9,459 bases of DNA from Octopus sinensis (GCF_006345805.1 NW_021827955.1:1-9459), one strand, 5' to 3'. Positions 1 through 7,707 are shown, counted from the stretch's first letter. Notes: generated by a model not told the origin, from the letters alone. Numbers and translations: made by a program.

Positions 1-11
1 CCAGTATTTAT

Positions 12-110
12 GTGTGGCCTAGTGATTAGGGCGTTGCCATCGTACAGATAAAGAGGTCCGATTCCTAAATCAGGCCGCACGTTAAACCTTGGAACAAGTA
101 CCTCAATTTT
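12..110 (+). mobile_element. tRNA-derived SINE head (degenerate)
   Basis: A-box-like TGGCCTAGTGATTAGG (15-30) and B-box-like GGTCCGATTCC (55-65). Colinear with the better-preserved copy at 3934-4010 (GTGGCTTAGTGGTTAGG...GATTCCCGGATCAGGC). Confidence 0.7.
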
Positions 111-361
111 AGGCACAGGCATGGCTGTTGTGTTCCTCCTTGAGCAAATATTTTCTACTAAAGCCCCTGGTCGACCAAAATTGGCTGACGAAAACCGTGT
201 GAAAATACGTCATGTATGAGTGCGTGCGTGCGTGCGTGCGATTTTGTGTCTGTGTTCGCCCGCCCCACTACTTAACGGGCCATAAACAAACCAACACTGC
301 TTGACAACTGGTGTGGGTTTGTTTACGATCACGTAGCTTAGTAGTTTGGTAACGGAGACTG
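111..361 (+). mobile_element. SINE remnant with internal (TGCG)n/(TG) tract, octopus-type family
   Basis: GGCACAGGCATGGCTG start, CTTGAGCAAATATTTTCTACTA...GGTCGACCAAA body, internal simple repeat (219-240), then TGCTTGACAACTGGTGT..GTTTACG. Family assignment is from recalled octopus SINE consensus, not verified. Confidence 0.6.
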
Positions 362-429
362 TTGTTGTAAGATAAGCTGTCAGTTAGCTGAAAGACTTGT
401 TTCTCTCGAAACTCCAAGTCAACAAGGCG

Positions 430-625
430 GCATCCTCATGGTCAGCCGACCTGAAAATTATAGCAGCTAAATCTCCCTCAACTTTCACCCTTCGGAAAGG
501 AGATATTGGAGAATAATATAGTCTTAGATACCCAATGCTTGACAAAAGACGGAATAGTCACGACTGGAACTTCGATCATCATAGGCCTGTTCGATCAAGG
601 ATGACTATGGACTAATGAACAACAT
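430..625 (+). mobile_element. Middle and 3' part of a (CAA)n-tailed SINE family
   Basis: GCTAAATCTCCCTCAA (466-481) and ATAGGCCTGTTCGATCAAGGATGAC..CTAATGAACAACA have homologous copies elsewhere in this window: 6390-6497 plus 6889-6970 (-), 7525-7590 (+), 8556-8840 (-), 9355-9410 (-). Confidence 0.7.
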
Positions 626-652
626 TTTTCTAACATTGACATACGGCAAATA

Positions 653-846
653 CGTCTCAGGACAATTACCCCTTCCTCCCACATAGGACAATTCTCCCAG
701 ACGACAACTATCCCCTAGGGCAATTAACCCCCTTGGTTAATTGCTCCCTCTCCAATATATTAAGGAGTTTTAGATCATCATCTGTTGTTCTCAGGAGTAA
801 TTGTCCTTAGTGAGTGGGGTCCACGGAGGATAAATGTCCTAGAATC
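653..846. mobile_element. Foldback/Mutator-like MITE with modular inverted repeats
   Basis: Four direct AGGACAATTACCCC-like units (659-672, 685-698, 701-715, 717-731) face three inverted units (735-749, 794-807, 828-840). The flanks CGGCAAATA (644-652) and CGCCAAATA (846-854) match 8/9. Confidence 0.6.
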
Positions 847-879
847 GCCAAATATATTTGGGGTAAATCACAAACTCGA

Positions 880-985
880 TCAAATTGACCCTAGTATTTA
901 ACTGGTATTTATTTTTATCGAACTCAGAAATATGAACAACATCATTAACCACTACTACCCAGCAGGATTTGAATCGGAGACGTAA
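880..985 (-). mobile_element. tRNA-derived SINE fragment
   Basis: TGACCCTAGTATTTAACTGGTATTTATTTTTATCGA is homologous to 8074-8110. Reverse-strand B-box-like GATTCAAATCC at 965-975. Confidence 0.6.
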
Positions 986-1676
986 TCTACAACGCTCAGT
1001 TAATAAACTGGCCGATGTATCGTTTACTGGATGTGCGAAACATTGGTGTGCGATGCATCGGTGGGCGAATTGAAAAAAACACATCTGAGCCTCCGTGGCC
1101 CATTTGACTTATTTTCATGCAGGTACCACAATATAGTAGAATTTCCCCGCGCTACAATTGTCGACTTTTTTAATGTTGCATTACAGAACTGAGCTCAATT
1201 CTGCATGTAGGAGGAGGAAGAGAAACCTGTCGAATATATTTTACCCTCAAGCGTAGATATGACAACTGGTAATATGGTCCTACTCAGTCGACAACCGAGA
1301 TCCCTGGAAGGGAAGTCAGAATCTTGCCAGTAGATTGCAAAGTTCTGTAAGGGAAAAATAAAATCCTGTCTTCTGGGATGCAGACGTTTGAGAAGGGAAC
1401 TAAACGAGATGCTCGATGGAACATAGAAGTCTTTAGAGAAACGTATGTATGTGTGTTTATAGTTATAGTCAGATATTTTTCCTCAAGTACAACCTGTAAT
1501 TTTTATCATCTGAAGTGCAGCACAGTCGTACTGATCGGCAGATGAAACAACCTACATTTTGTAATCAGCCATTGACACAAAAAATTATCAGAAAATTAAA
1601 CGTTTTTAGTATTTTTAATGACTCACAAACACCTGAGCTTTATGGCAAAGGATACTTTGTATAGTAGATATATACA

Positions 1677-1750
1677 GTGTGTGTGTGATCGCGTGTGTGT
1701 GTGCGTGTGTGAGTGTGCGTGTATGTATGTACGTATGTATGTATGTCTGT
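1677..1750. repeat. Compound (TG)n/(TATG)n microsatellite
   Basis: Directly visible. Confidence 0.95.
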
Positions 1751-1812
1751 ATCTAACCTAAATCCAAGATTCCATTAAAATTTTAACATCAATAGGTTAT
1801 TTTTGTATTTTT

Positions 1813-1915
1813 GTATGTCTGTCTGTCTGTCTGTATGTCTGTATGTATGTATGTATGTATGTATGTATGTATGTATGTATGTATGTATGTATGCATGTAT
1901 GTATGTATGTATGTA
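1813..1915. repeat. (TCTG)n/(TATG)n microsatellite
   Basis: Directly visible. Confidence 0.97.
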
Positions 1916-2396
1916 GCAACAGTATACTGATGATAAAATTTCTTGAAGATAATTATGTTATTTCTGTCAATTGAATTACAATTTCAAGTATCCGTGAATA
2001 ACAGGGGAACTTTGACTACCTTTAAATTCTGAAAGTTGAAATACGAAAACTTTGAATTAAACGAATACAGTTATAAACATTATCAATCTCGCCGCAAAAG
2101 TTCATTTACTTAACAACATTGAAAACATTTAATTTTTTTCAACAGAATTGAATGTGCGCATTAAAAATCGAGAAGAAAATTATGCAGAACTAACAGCTGA
2201 TCGGATACACAATTTTAATTTAAATTATATCAGTGTGTTCCGTGATTGCATTATATGAAATGTTCCCCTGAACTGGGCGATATAATCAGTTTTATTTCCA
2301 TCGTTGAATACCAAAGCACAGCCGTTTCCAGAAGTCTTTTCTTATCTAAATATAAATCTGAAGATTGTGCTGACCATGGCAGCATCCGTTTTAGAC

Positions 2397-2621
2397 TCCA
2401 GGTTCTCGGCCAAGGTCCACATGACTCTTGAGAGTCCACATAAATTGAATATACTTCTATCATATACAAAATATTTTAACAATATTTTACATAATTCTTA
2501 ATAATATTTGATTCTAAAACTATAACTGGATTTTTTTAAAACATGGAATGGTTATGAGTGTCCACCCAAGTAAAATAAGATCCAAAGGGGCTCCTAGGCA
2601 AAAAATGGTTGAGAAAACCTG
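2397..2621. mobile_element. hAT (Charlie-like) MITE, degenerate
   Basis: The right end GGTTGAGAAAACCTG (2607-2621) is a CAG..TTCTCAACC-type TIR; the left end CAGGTTCTCGGCC (2399-2411) is a decayed match. Subterminal GTCCAC occurs three times (2415, 2434, 2560). Flanks TTTTAGAC and TTTTAAAT match 6/8 with a central TA, as in Charlie-type target sites. Confidence 0.55.
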
Positions 2622-2685
2622 TTTTAAATGAATTCTTTGATTAACCCACTGGCATACTTTGCTGTTTTCAGCCGTCAAAGGCAAA

Positions 2686-3103
2686 CAATAGAAATTTCAA
2701 TTAATCCATTGGCGAAGTCCAATCCTTAAGCAGAATTCGAACAGTTCAGTTTGTTTATAGAAGTATGAAGACTTTTACTCAGAACACATCTCACAAGCCC
2801 AGAATTCTTTTGTCGATGTTTTTTTTATACCAATGACATCAACTGAGCGTAATATTTCAGTCTAACGTTTTTCAAAATGTCGACGGAGGACGTTTTGCTC
2901 TTCATCGACAAATATTTTTGTGTCCCAGCTAAACCATTCGGTCGATTTTCGCAATTGCTTTGGTCAACGATAGTCATAACAGTCACCAGTTTCATAGAAG
3001 ATGTCCACAGCATGGTAAGCATCACTTACTGAGCATCCCGTTCCAGTAGCCATGGCTCAAAAGTCCACTTCTGTTTATGCAGTTGGACAATTCTCGATCG
3101 CAT
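2686..3103 (-). pseudogene. Tc1/IS630-like transposase N-terminal remnant (HTH region), frameshifted with stops
   Basis: Manual translation from ATG at 3103: MRSRIVQLHKQKWTF/(frameshift)AMATGTGCSVSDAYHAVDIFYETGDCYDYR*PK.../KYLSMKSKTSSVDILKNVRLK...GLVRCVLSKSLHTSINKLN/FEFCLR. This follows the Tc1-type pattern RIV.LH...S.R.IA..VGCS.S.V...V..F.ETG...D.R and GL..CV..KKP.IS..NK..R.EF. The 2825-3025 ORF is one frame of this relic. Confidence 0.7.
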
Positions 3104-3449
3104 TCCTGGGTTTTAACTATCACAGAAGACCAACTATTGATATAATGAAACAATTATATTAATAGTTTGTCTGGTTTAGATATAAGTGATATTAAAATTA
3201 AGATAGTTATTCTAAAATATTCTTGAATTAAGAAAACATTTTTGGGACATTTTTTTTTTTTTTTGTAGTTTTCTTGATATTGTCAATAATTGCATTATGC
3301 AAATTAAAATCTTCGTTCGTCATCTTATTTCATTTGAAAGAGTCAAAAATTCTCTTTTTTCTTTCATAGTGTGAATTTTGATTAACTAAACAGAAATAAT
3401 TAACATTTAATCATCAATATGCTCTTGTCTTTCAACTAAGAGATGTCAT

Positions 3450-3479
3450 TGTGTGTGTGTGTGTGTGTGAGTGTGTGTG

Positions 3480-3534
<55 letters not shown>
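3450..3534. repeat. (TG)n microsatellite
   Basis: About 42 near-perfect TG units. Confidence 0.98.
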
Positions 3535-3536
<2 letters not shown>

Positions 3537-3716
3537 ATATACTCATGTACATATACTTTCATGTGTGTTTGTATGGGGTTCGGGGTGTTGGTGATCCTTG
3601 ATGAATACGTCTATTCATAAAAATGTATAGACACTAGCGTGGCGCATTTTCCCTTTTTAATAAAACGTGATGTTTTCATGTGAGAAGCATTGTGTATTTG
3701 TTACTTTGATGAGAGG

Positions 3717-3930
3717 ACACACACACACACACACACACACACCTTGCTTACACATCCACATGCAATCATACGTACACATATATGATGTGTCTATGTATGT
3801 ATGCATATATGCATATACATGTGTATATGTATATATATGTATGTATATTTATGTATATGTATGTGTATCTGTGTTTGTGTGTATGCGTGTGTGTGCATGC
3901 GTGTGTGTGTGTGTGTGCACGCATGTGTGT
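3717..3930. repeat. Compound (AC)n, (TA/TATG)n, (TG)n microsatellite block
   Basis: Directly visible; accounts for ORFs 3667-3954 and 3782-3973. Confidence 0.95.
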
Positions 3931-3933
3931 AAA

Positions 3934-4117
3934 GGCGCGTGGCTTAGTGGTTAGGCTATTGCACTTATGGTAATAGGATTACGGTTTCGATTCCCGGATC
4001 AGGCGATGTATTCTGTTCTTGAGCCTAATATTTTATTTCCCGTTCCCTCAGCTCACCCAGTCGGTAAAAATGAGTATTCCTGCAACGGATCGGCATCACG
4101 TCCAGCGGGAGAATATA
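3934..4117 (+). mobile_element. tRNA-derived SINE, 5' part (interrupted by a mariner element at TA 4116-4117)
   Basis: A-box TGGCTTAGTGG (3940-3950), B-box-like GTTTCGATTCC (3984-3994), central TGTTCTTGAGC...CTCAGCTCACCCAG..AAAAATGAGTA, and CCTGCAACGGATCGGCATCACGTCCAG, which resembles conserved central domains of metazoan SINEs. Confidence 0.8.
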
Positions 4118-4930
4118 CAGGGTGCGATGGGTAAATTGTCGCCATTTTATAATTTGAATTTCGTGCATGCACATTACTTGTTTTTGATTTTATCGATTAC
4201 ACAATACGGTAGGGTCAGTTGGGCACCGTCTGTGACAAAAGCAGCTCCACTTCGCAATTCACTCTGCCAGAGATTTGAAAACGACATGCTGTAATGCTTC
4301 GTATTCACGCATTTCAGAGTGCTCGGGTGTCAATCTGAGGACATGTACCGAGAGTGATAAAAATCAAACATACAGTCAGCATTATGGGGTTTGGAATGAT
4401 CGTTAGTGACGGCGACGTTATGCCTCCACTCATCTTCCCACACAGCCTCACACTCAACACGGAGGCCTACATCAAGTGCCTGGAGGAGATAGTGTTACCT
4501 TGAGTCAAGGGGATGGCTACTGGAAGACCCTATGTCTCGTAACAGGTCTCTGCACCATGCTACACAGGCAGGAGAATTCAGTCATAGCTAACATCTGACC
4601 ACCTAACACCTGGTCACTTAACTCCCCAGACTACAACCCTCTTGATTATTATGTTGGGTGCAGTTGAGTGAGAGACCAACAAAACTCCTTGTAACACCAA
4701 AGACGAATTGAAGGCAAGGATTATGGCAGCATTCACTGACTTAAATAAGGAGATTCCGAAGTCGTGTGGAGGCTGTGGTTGAAGCCGATGGCGATTTTAT
4801 TGAATGAATTTACTCTTTGGTATTTCAAGATATTTTTATGTAATTTTGGTAAATATGTTCGTTAAAATGAAATGCCAGTGTTATTTTCATTTTTGCATAA
4901 TTTAGATGACAGTTTCTTCACTGCACCCTG
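4118..4930 (+). mobile_element. Tc1/mariner superfamily (maT/DD37D-like) transposon, internally deleted, 813 bp
   Basis: TA at 4116-4117 and 4931-4932. Terminal CAGGGTGC/GCACCCTG are perfectly inverted, and the TIRs match 17/23. Contains a transposase relic. Confidence 0.92.
4263..4807 (+). pseudogene. maT/DD37D-type transposase pseudogene
   Basis: N-terminal relic PEI*KRHAVMLRIH../ISECSGVNLRT (about 4263-4342). Then from 4354 VIKIKHTVSIMGFGMIVSDGDVMPPLIFPHSLTLNTEAYIKCLEEIVLP*VKGMATGRPYVS*QVSAPCYTGRRIQS* (second catalytic D of QQDSAP mutated to V), NSPDYNPLDYY (third D at 4644-4646), and ...FRSRVEAVVEADGDFIE* ending at 4807. The first catalytic D region is deleted. Confidence 0.9.
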
Positions 4931-4990
4931 TATATGTTTCAGAATCCGGGAACCGGCCCCATGAGCTTATGGTTCGAGAAGGCGCTTTGA
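4931..4990 (+). mobile_element. 3' continuation of the SINE beginning at 3934
   Basis: GC-richer AGAATCCGGGAACCGGCCCCATGAGCTTATGGTTCGAGAAGG resumes directly after the mariner TA. It matches the recalled 3' end of this SINE family. Confidence 0.6.
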
Positions 4991-5201
4991 GCTTCTTTTG
5001 AGATATACATAGATCGGTTGATAGAGAGAGAGGGAGGAGGGAGGTTATATATATACACAGTCATAAGGATAAAATAAAGTTGAGATAGAACTTTATTCGT
5101 AAATCTATTAAGAGAACTTATTAAGACATTAAGGGAACTGATGTTTACACACGCAGTGATAAAAACTTTAAGCGAAACCCACATTAATTACCGAAGCATT
5201 C

Positions 5202-5232
<31 letters not shown>

Positions 5233-5234
5233 TA

Positions 5235-5277
<43 letters not shown>

Positions 5278-5387
5278 TATATAATATACATATATATACA
5301 CACATATATGCATATATATATGTGATATGTATGTATGTATGTATGTATGTATTATGTATGATTGTGTATGTGTGTGTGTGTGTATAC
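5202..5387. repeat. Compound (TA)n/(TATG)n/(TG)n microsatellite
   Basis: Directly visible; accounts for ORF 5168-5389. Confidence 0.97.
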
Positions 5388-5452
5388 ATTTAAGGAAACT
5401 TATGTGTACATGTATTTAGAAATATTAAATTATCCGTATATTAAAGAGAGAT

Positions 5453-5530
5453 TATATATATATATATATATATATATAGATATATATATTATATATATAT
5501 ATATATATATTCATGTGTGTGTATGTATGT
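5453..5530. repeat. (TA)n microsatellite with TG/TATG tail
   Basis: Directly visible. Confidence 0.95.
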
Positions 5531-5589
5531 GGTGTATGTAAAATTGTATTTACTGAGGACTGATGTGTATTTCAAATGCAATCATACCA

Positions 5590-5780
5590 GTAATACATAG
5601 GCACATACTTATATATACATACAAACATACAGACTCACATACATGAGCATGTATGTATGTGTGTGTGTGTGTGGTGTGTGTGTGTATGTGTGTGTGTAGA
5701 CACACACATAAATACATTCTTACATACATACATACATAGTTACATACATGCATCTGTCCATACGTACGTTCGTACATATA
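5590..5780. repeat. Compound (CA)/(TG)/(TACA) microsatellite block
   Basis: Directly visible; accounts for ORF 5550-5777. Confidence 0.9.
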
Positions 5781-5949
5781 ACTTTAAACACCGATTACTG
5801 ATACTTCATGTCTTCATACGTTAATTTACTATATATATATACCCGCAAATATTCTACTTAATTAGAATCTCTACTGTAATCCTCATTATTATTCTGATGA
5901 ATATTGCAATGCCTTATAATATGTATATTAATTATGTATATATTACACA

Positions 5950-6115
5950 GATGGAATTATATTGGAAATTATGATGGTGTTACAACGAAAATAGGATGTT
6001 ATGACGGAATTATAGCATTACGATGCAAAGCATGATATTGGGATAAAATTTATAATGAAGTTGATTTATGTTATAATGTAATAATTACTTATGACAATTT
6101 TATAAAGGAGAAAAT
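5950..6115 (+). repeat. Decayed ~11-bp minisatellite, consensus GATGGAATTAT
   Basis: Units GATGGAATTAT (5950), ATTGGAAATTAT, GATGGTGTTAC (5973), GATGTTAT, GACGGAATTAT (6003), and weaker copies to about 6115. Confidence 0.5.
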
Positions 6116-6259
6116 GTATGGGTGAGTGTTAGGGTGATGTAGTCGGGGGAGCACCGTCGGGACATGGTGCGTCTCAAGGGCGATTTTATGGTGAACCCAT
6201 CTCTGTTCACGAGTTCACTTAAACGAATTTTTCCAGATAGAATTGAGGGAAAAATTGCT

Positions 6260-6340
6260 AAGTACGGAATTGGCACAGACTTGGTATATTTATTAATTTT
6301 GAAATGACGAAAGGGCTAATTTGACTTTGGAAAGATTCAC
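6260..6340 (-). mobile_element. Highly decayed SINE fragment
   Basis: ACTTGGTATATTTATT..GAAATGACGAAAGG..GACTTTGG aligns loosely with 8085-8150. Confidence 0.4.
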
Positions 6341-6519
6341 CATTATTAATTTAATAGTTTTAATATTATCACGTGTCTTAATGACAGCTATTATCAACCT
6401 TGATCGACCAGATCTATTAACAAAAGCGTTCTCGATTTGAACATCCTCTCTTTTAAAGGTATTTCAAACGTCTTTTCTTTTCGGGACATGTATTTCTGTA
6501 ACTGGAAATTACTCTTCAA

Positions 6520-6625
6520 GATGCAAACCTAGGCAAGAGATGTTGAAAGAAGACCATCAGTTGACTATGCATGCAAGTTTCCTCTTCTCCATACCACCGA
6601 TGATTCCCAAGGTACTAGTGTCATC
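6520..6625 (-). mobile_element. Fragment of a further octopus-type SINE body
   Basis: GAAGACCATCAGTTGACTATGCATGCAAG...CTCTTCTCCATACCACCGATGATTCCCAAGG resembles a recalled octopus SINE segment; there is no second copy in the window. Confidence 0.4.
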
Positions 6626-6762
6626 TCAGACCGCACCATCGGAACGTAAAGTTCCATAAACAAGTGGAACAGATGCTACAAGCCATCCAATCAACGCTCT
6701 AAAAAGTTCCATCAATCCACCGACCTGAATTACTAGATTTTTTTGGTGGGGTGAGATGGTTA

Positions 6763-6886
6763 ACAACCCTGAAAGGATGAAATATGAAGTTGTTCACGGA
6801 CGAATTTGAACTCAGTGCACAGATCGTAGGAAGATACTGCAAGACATTCTAACGGACGATCTAACGACTCTGCCGCTTCACCACCT
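6763..6886 (-). mobile_element. tRNA-derived SINE head
   Basis: Reverse-strand A-box-like GGCAGAGTCGTTAG (6861-6874) and B-box GAGTTCAAATTC (6802-6813). Homologous to 8105-8225. Confidence 0.75.
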
Positions 6887-7398
6887 TTTCTAGGACCGTA
6901 TTATCTAATGTTATTTCCCTAAGGAAGTTGGGTGTGGTTTGAGGGACATTTGGCATAGTTGACATTTCTAGCATCCTTAGAGAGTAGGGAGAGACTTTTC
7001 CCTTTAACGTGTTTTTCTAGGATTTCTAAAACAAATAACGATCAAATCAAATAAATATCAATCGATTTTATTGATAATGGCCCTCATATAAAATAGGATC
7101 CAATTCACCAAGTCGCTTTTATAATAACGATTTCAAGGATAAGACGATCTAGCGCCAAGTAGGAGAACACTGGCAAAGATACGCTTATGGTGAATATTTG
7201 GGTATCTCGAGTCTCCGGATTCAAGTCCCATCATTTTGGTAATTATCCATAATATGCTGAGTTCAACTCAACAGTCTAGACCAGCTAAATCTTACCAACT
7301 CACGTGGTTACTCAACCTGATAGAAATAATGCTATTTTAAACACGGCGCAGGTATAATGGTTAATATTGTCTGGAATATACTTTGCGTCGAACAAAAA

Positions 7399-7514
7399 AG
7401 CAGCTACAGCTCAAAAAACCCAATTCTGTTTATGCAGTTGAATAATTCTCGATCGCATTTCAAACAAGTTTTGGGTTTAACGATCACAGCAGATAATATC
7501 ATGACATAATGAAA
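7399..7514 (-). mobile_element. Second fragment of the Tc1-like family at 2686-3150
   Basis: 7424-7459 is 34/36 identical to 3069-3104, with similarity extending over 7399-7514 versus 3045-3150. It translates MRSRIIQLHKQNWVF*AVAA from ATG at 7458. Confidence 0.8.
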
Positions 7515-7524
7515 TGCCTAAATT

Positions 7525-7590
7525 ATCTTTGACCATAGGTCTGCTCAGTTATAGCCGTCTTGGAGTTAAATAGCAATAATGACAACACTT
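7525..7590 (+). mobile_element. 3' end of (CAA)-tailed SINE family
   Basis: CTTTGACCATAGGTCTGCTCAG...GGAGTTAAATAGCAATAATGACAACA is homologous to 570-624. Confidence 0.6.
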
Positions 7591-7707
7591 TCGCATGTAA
7601 AACCTGTTCTTTCACCTTTCTTTCACCTCAGCTAAAGAGCTTCTGCCATCATAAGTGTTTCAAATTTTGGCGCAAGGCCAGCAAATTATGGGGGAGATGG
7701 TAATCGA

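Larger units (their letters stand above)
6390..6970 (-). mobile_element. (CAA)-tailed SINE family copy split into 6390-6497 and 6889-6970 by about 390 bp of other SINE DNA
   Basis: The reverse complement near 6397-6419 (ATAGATCTGGTCGATCAAGGTTG) matches ATAGGCCTGTTCGATCAAGGATG near 581-603 at 19/23. 6889-6970 (TCTAGGACC.TATTATCT...GAGGGACATTTGGC) matches the reverse complement of 466-530. Order is colinear with the 430-625 copy. Confidence 0.55.

Noticed and set aside
839-1084. 81-aa minus-strand ORF
   Set aside because: It crosses a SINE fragment and a MITE edge; no homology recognised.
2246-2501. Three overlapping 61-72 aa ORFs
   Set aside because: No recognisable domain, and all three run into the hAT-like MITE at 2397-2621.
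2641-2685. TTAACCC piggyBac-like terminus
   Set aside because: No matching GGGTTAA partner end was found in the window.
3667-3973. ORFs 3667-3954 and 3782-3973
   Set aside because: Translations of (AC)/(TA)/(TG) microsatellites (HTHT, VCVC, YMY runs); no coding signal.
4019-4294. 91-aa ORF
   Set aside because: It spans SINE body, mariner TIR and the transposon leader, in a frame different from the transposase relic; a chimeric chance ORF.
4939-5184. 81-aa minus-strand ORF
   Set aside because: It runs through AG/AT simple repeats and a SINE end; no homology recognised.
5168-5777. ORFs 5168-5389 and 5550-5777
   Set aside because: Stop-poor dinucleotide and tetranucleotide repeats.
3450-5780. 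Long-range complementarity between (TG)n/(TATG)n and (CA)n/(TACA)n tracts
   Set aside because: An expected by-product of abundant low-complexity repeats on both strands.
1927-5900. Other CTGATGA occurrences (about 1927 and 5894)
   Set aside because: Neither is followed by a stem II plus GAAA or flanked by a stem I.
6151-6210. Two small hairpins downstream of the in-frame TGA, considered as a SECIS
   Set aside because: No AUGA/GA kink-turn core or apical AA; the stems are only 5-6 bp and would be intronic.
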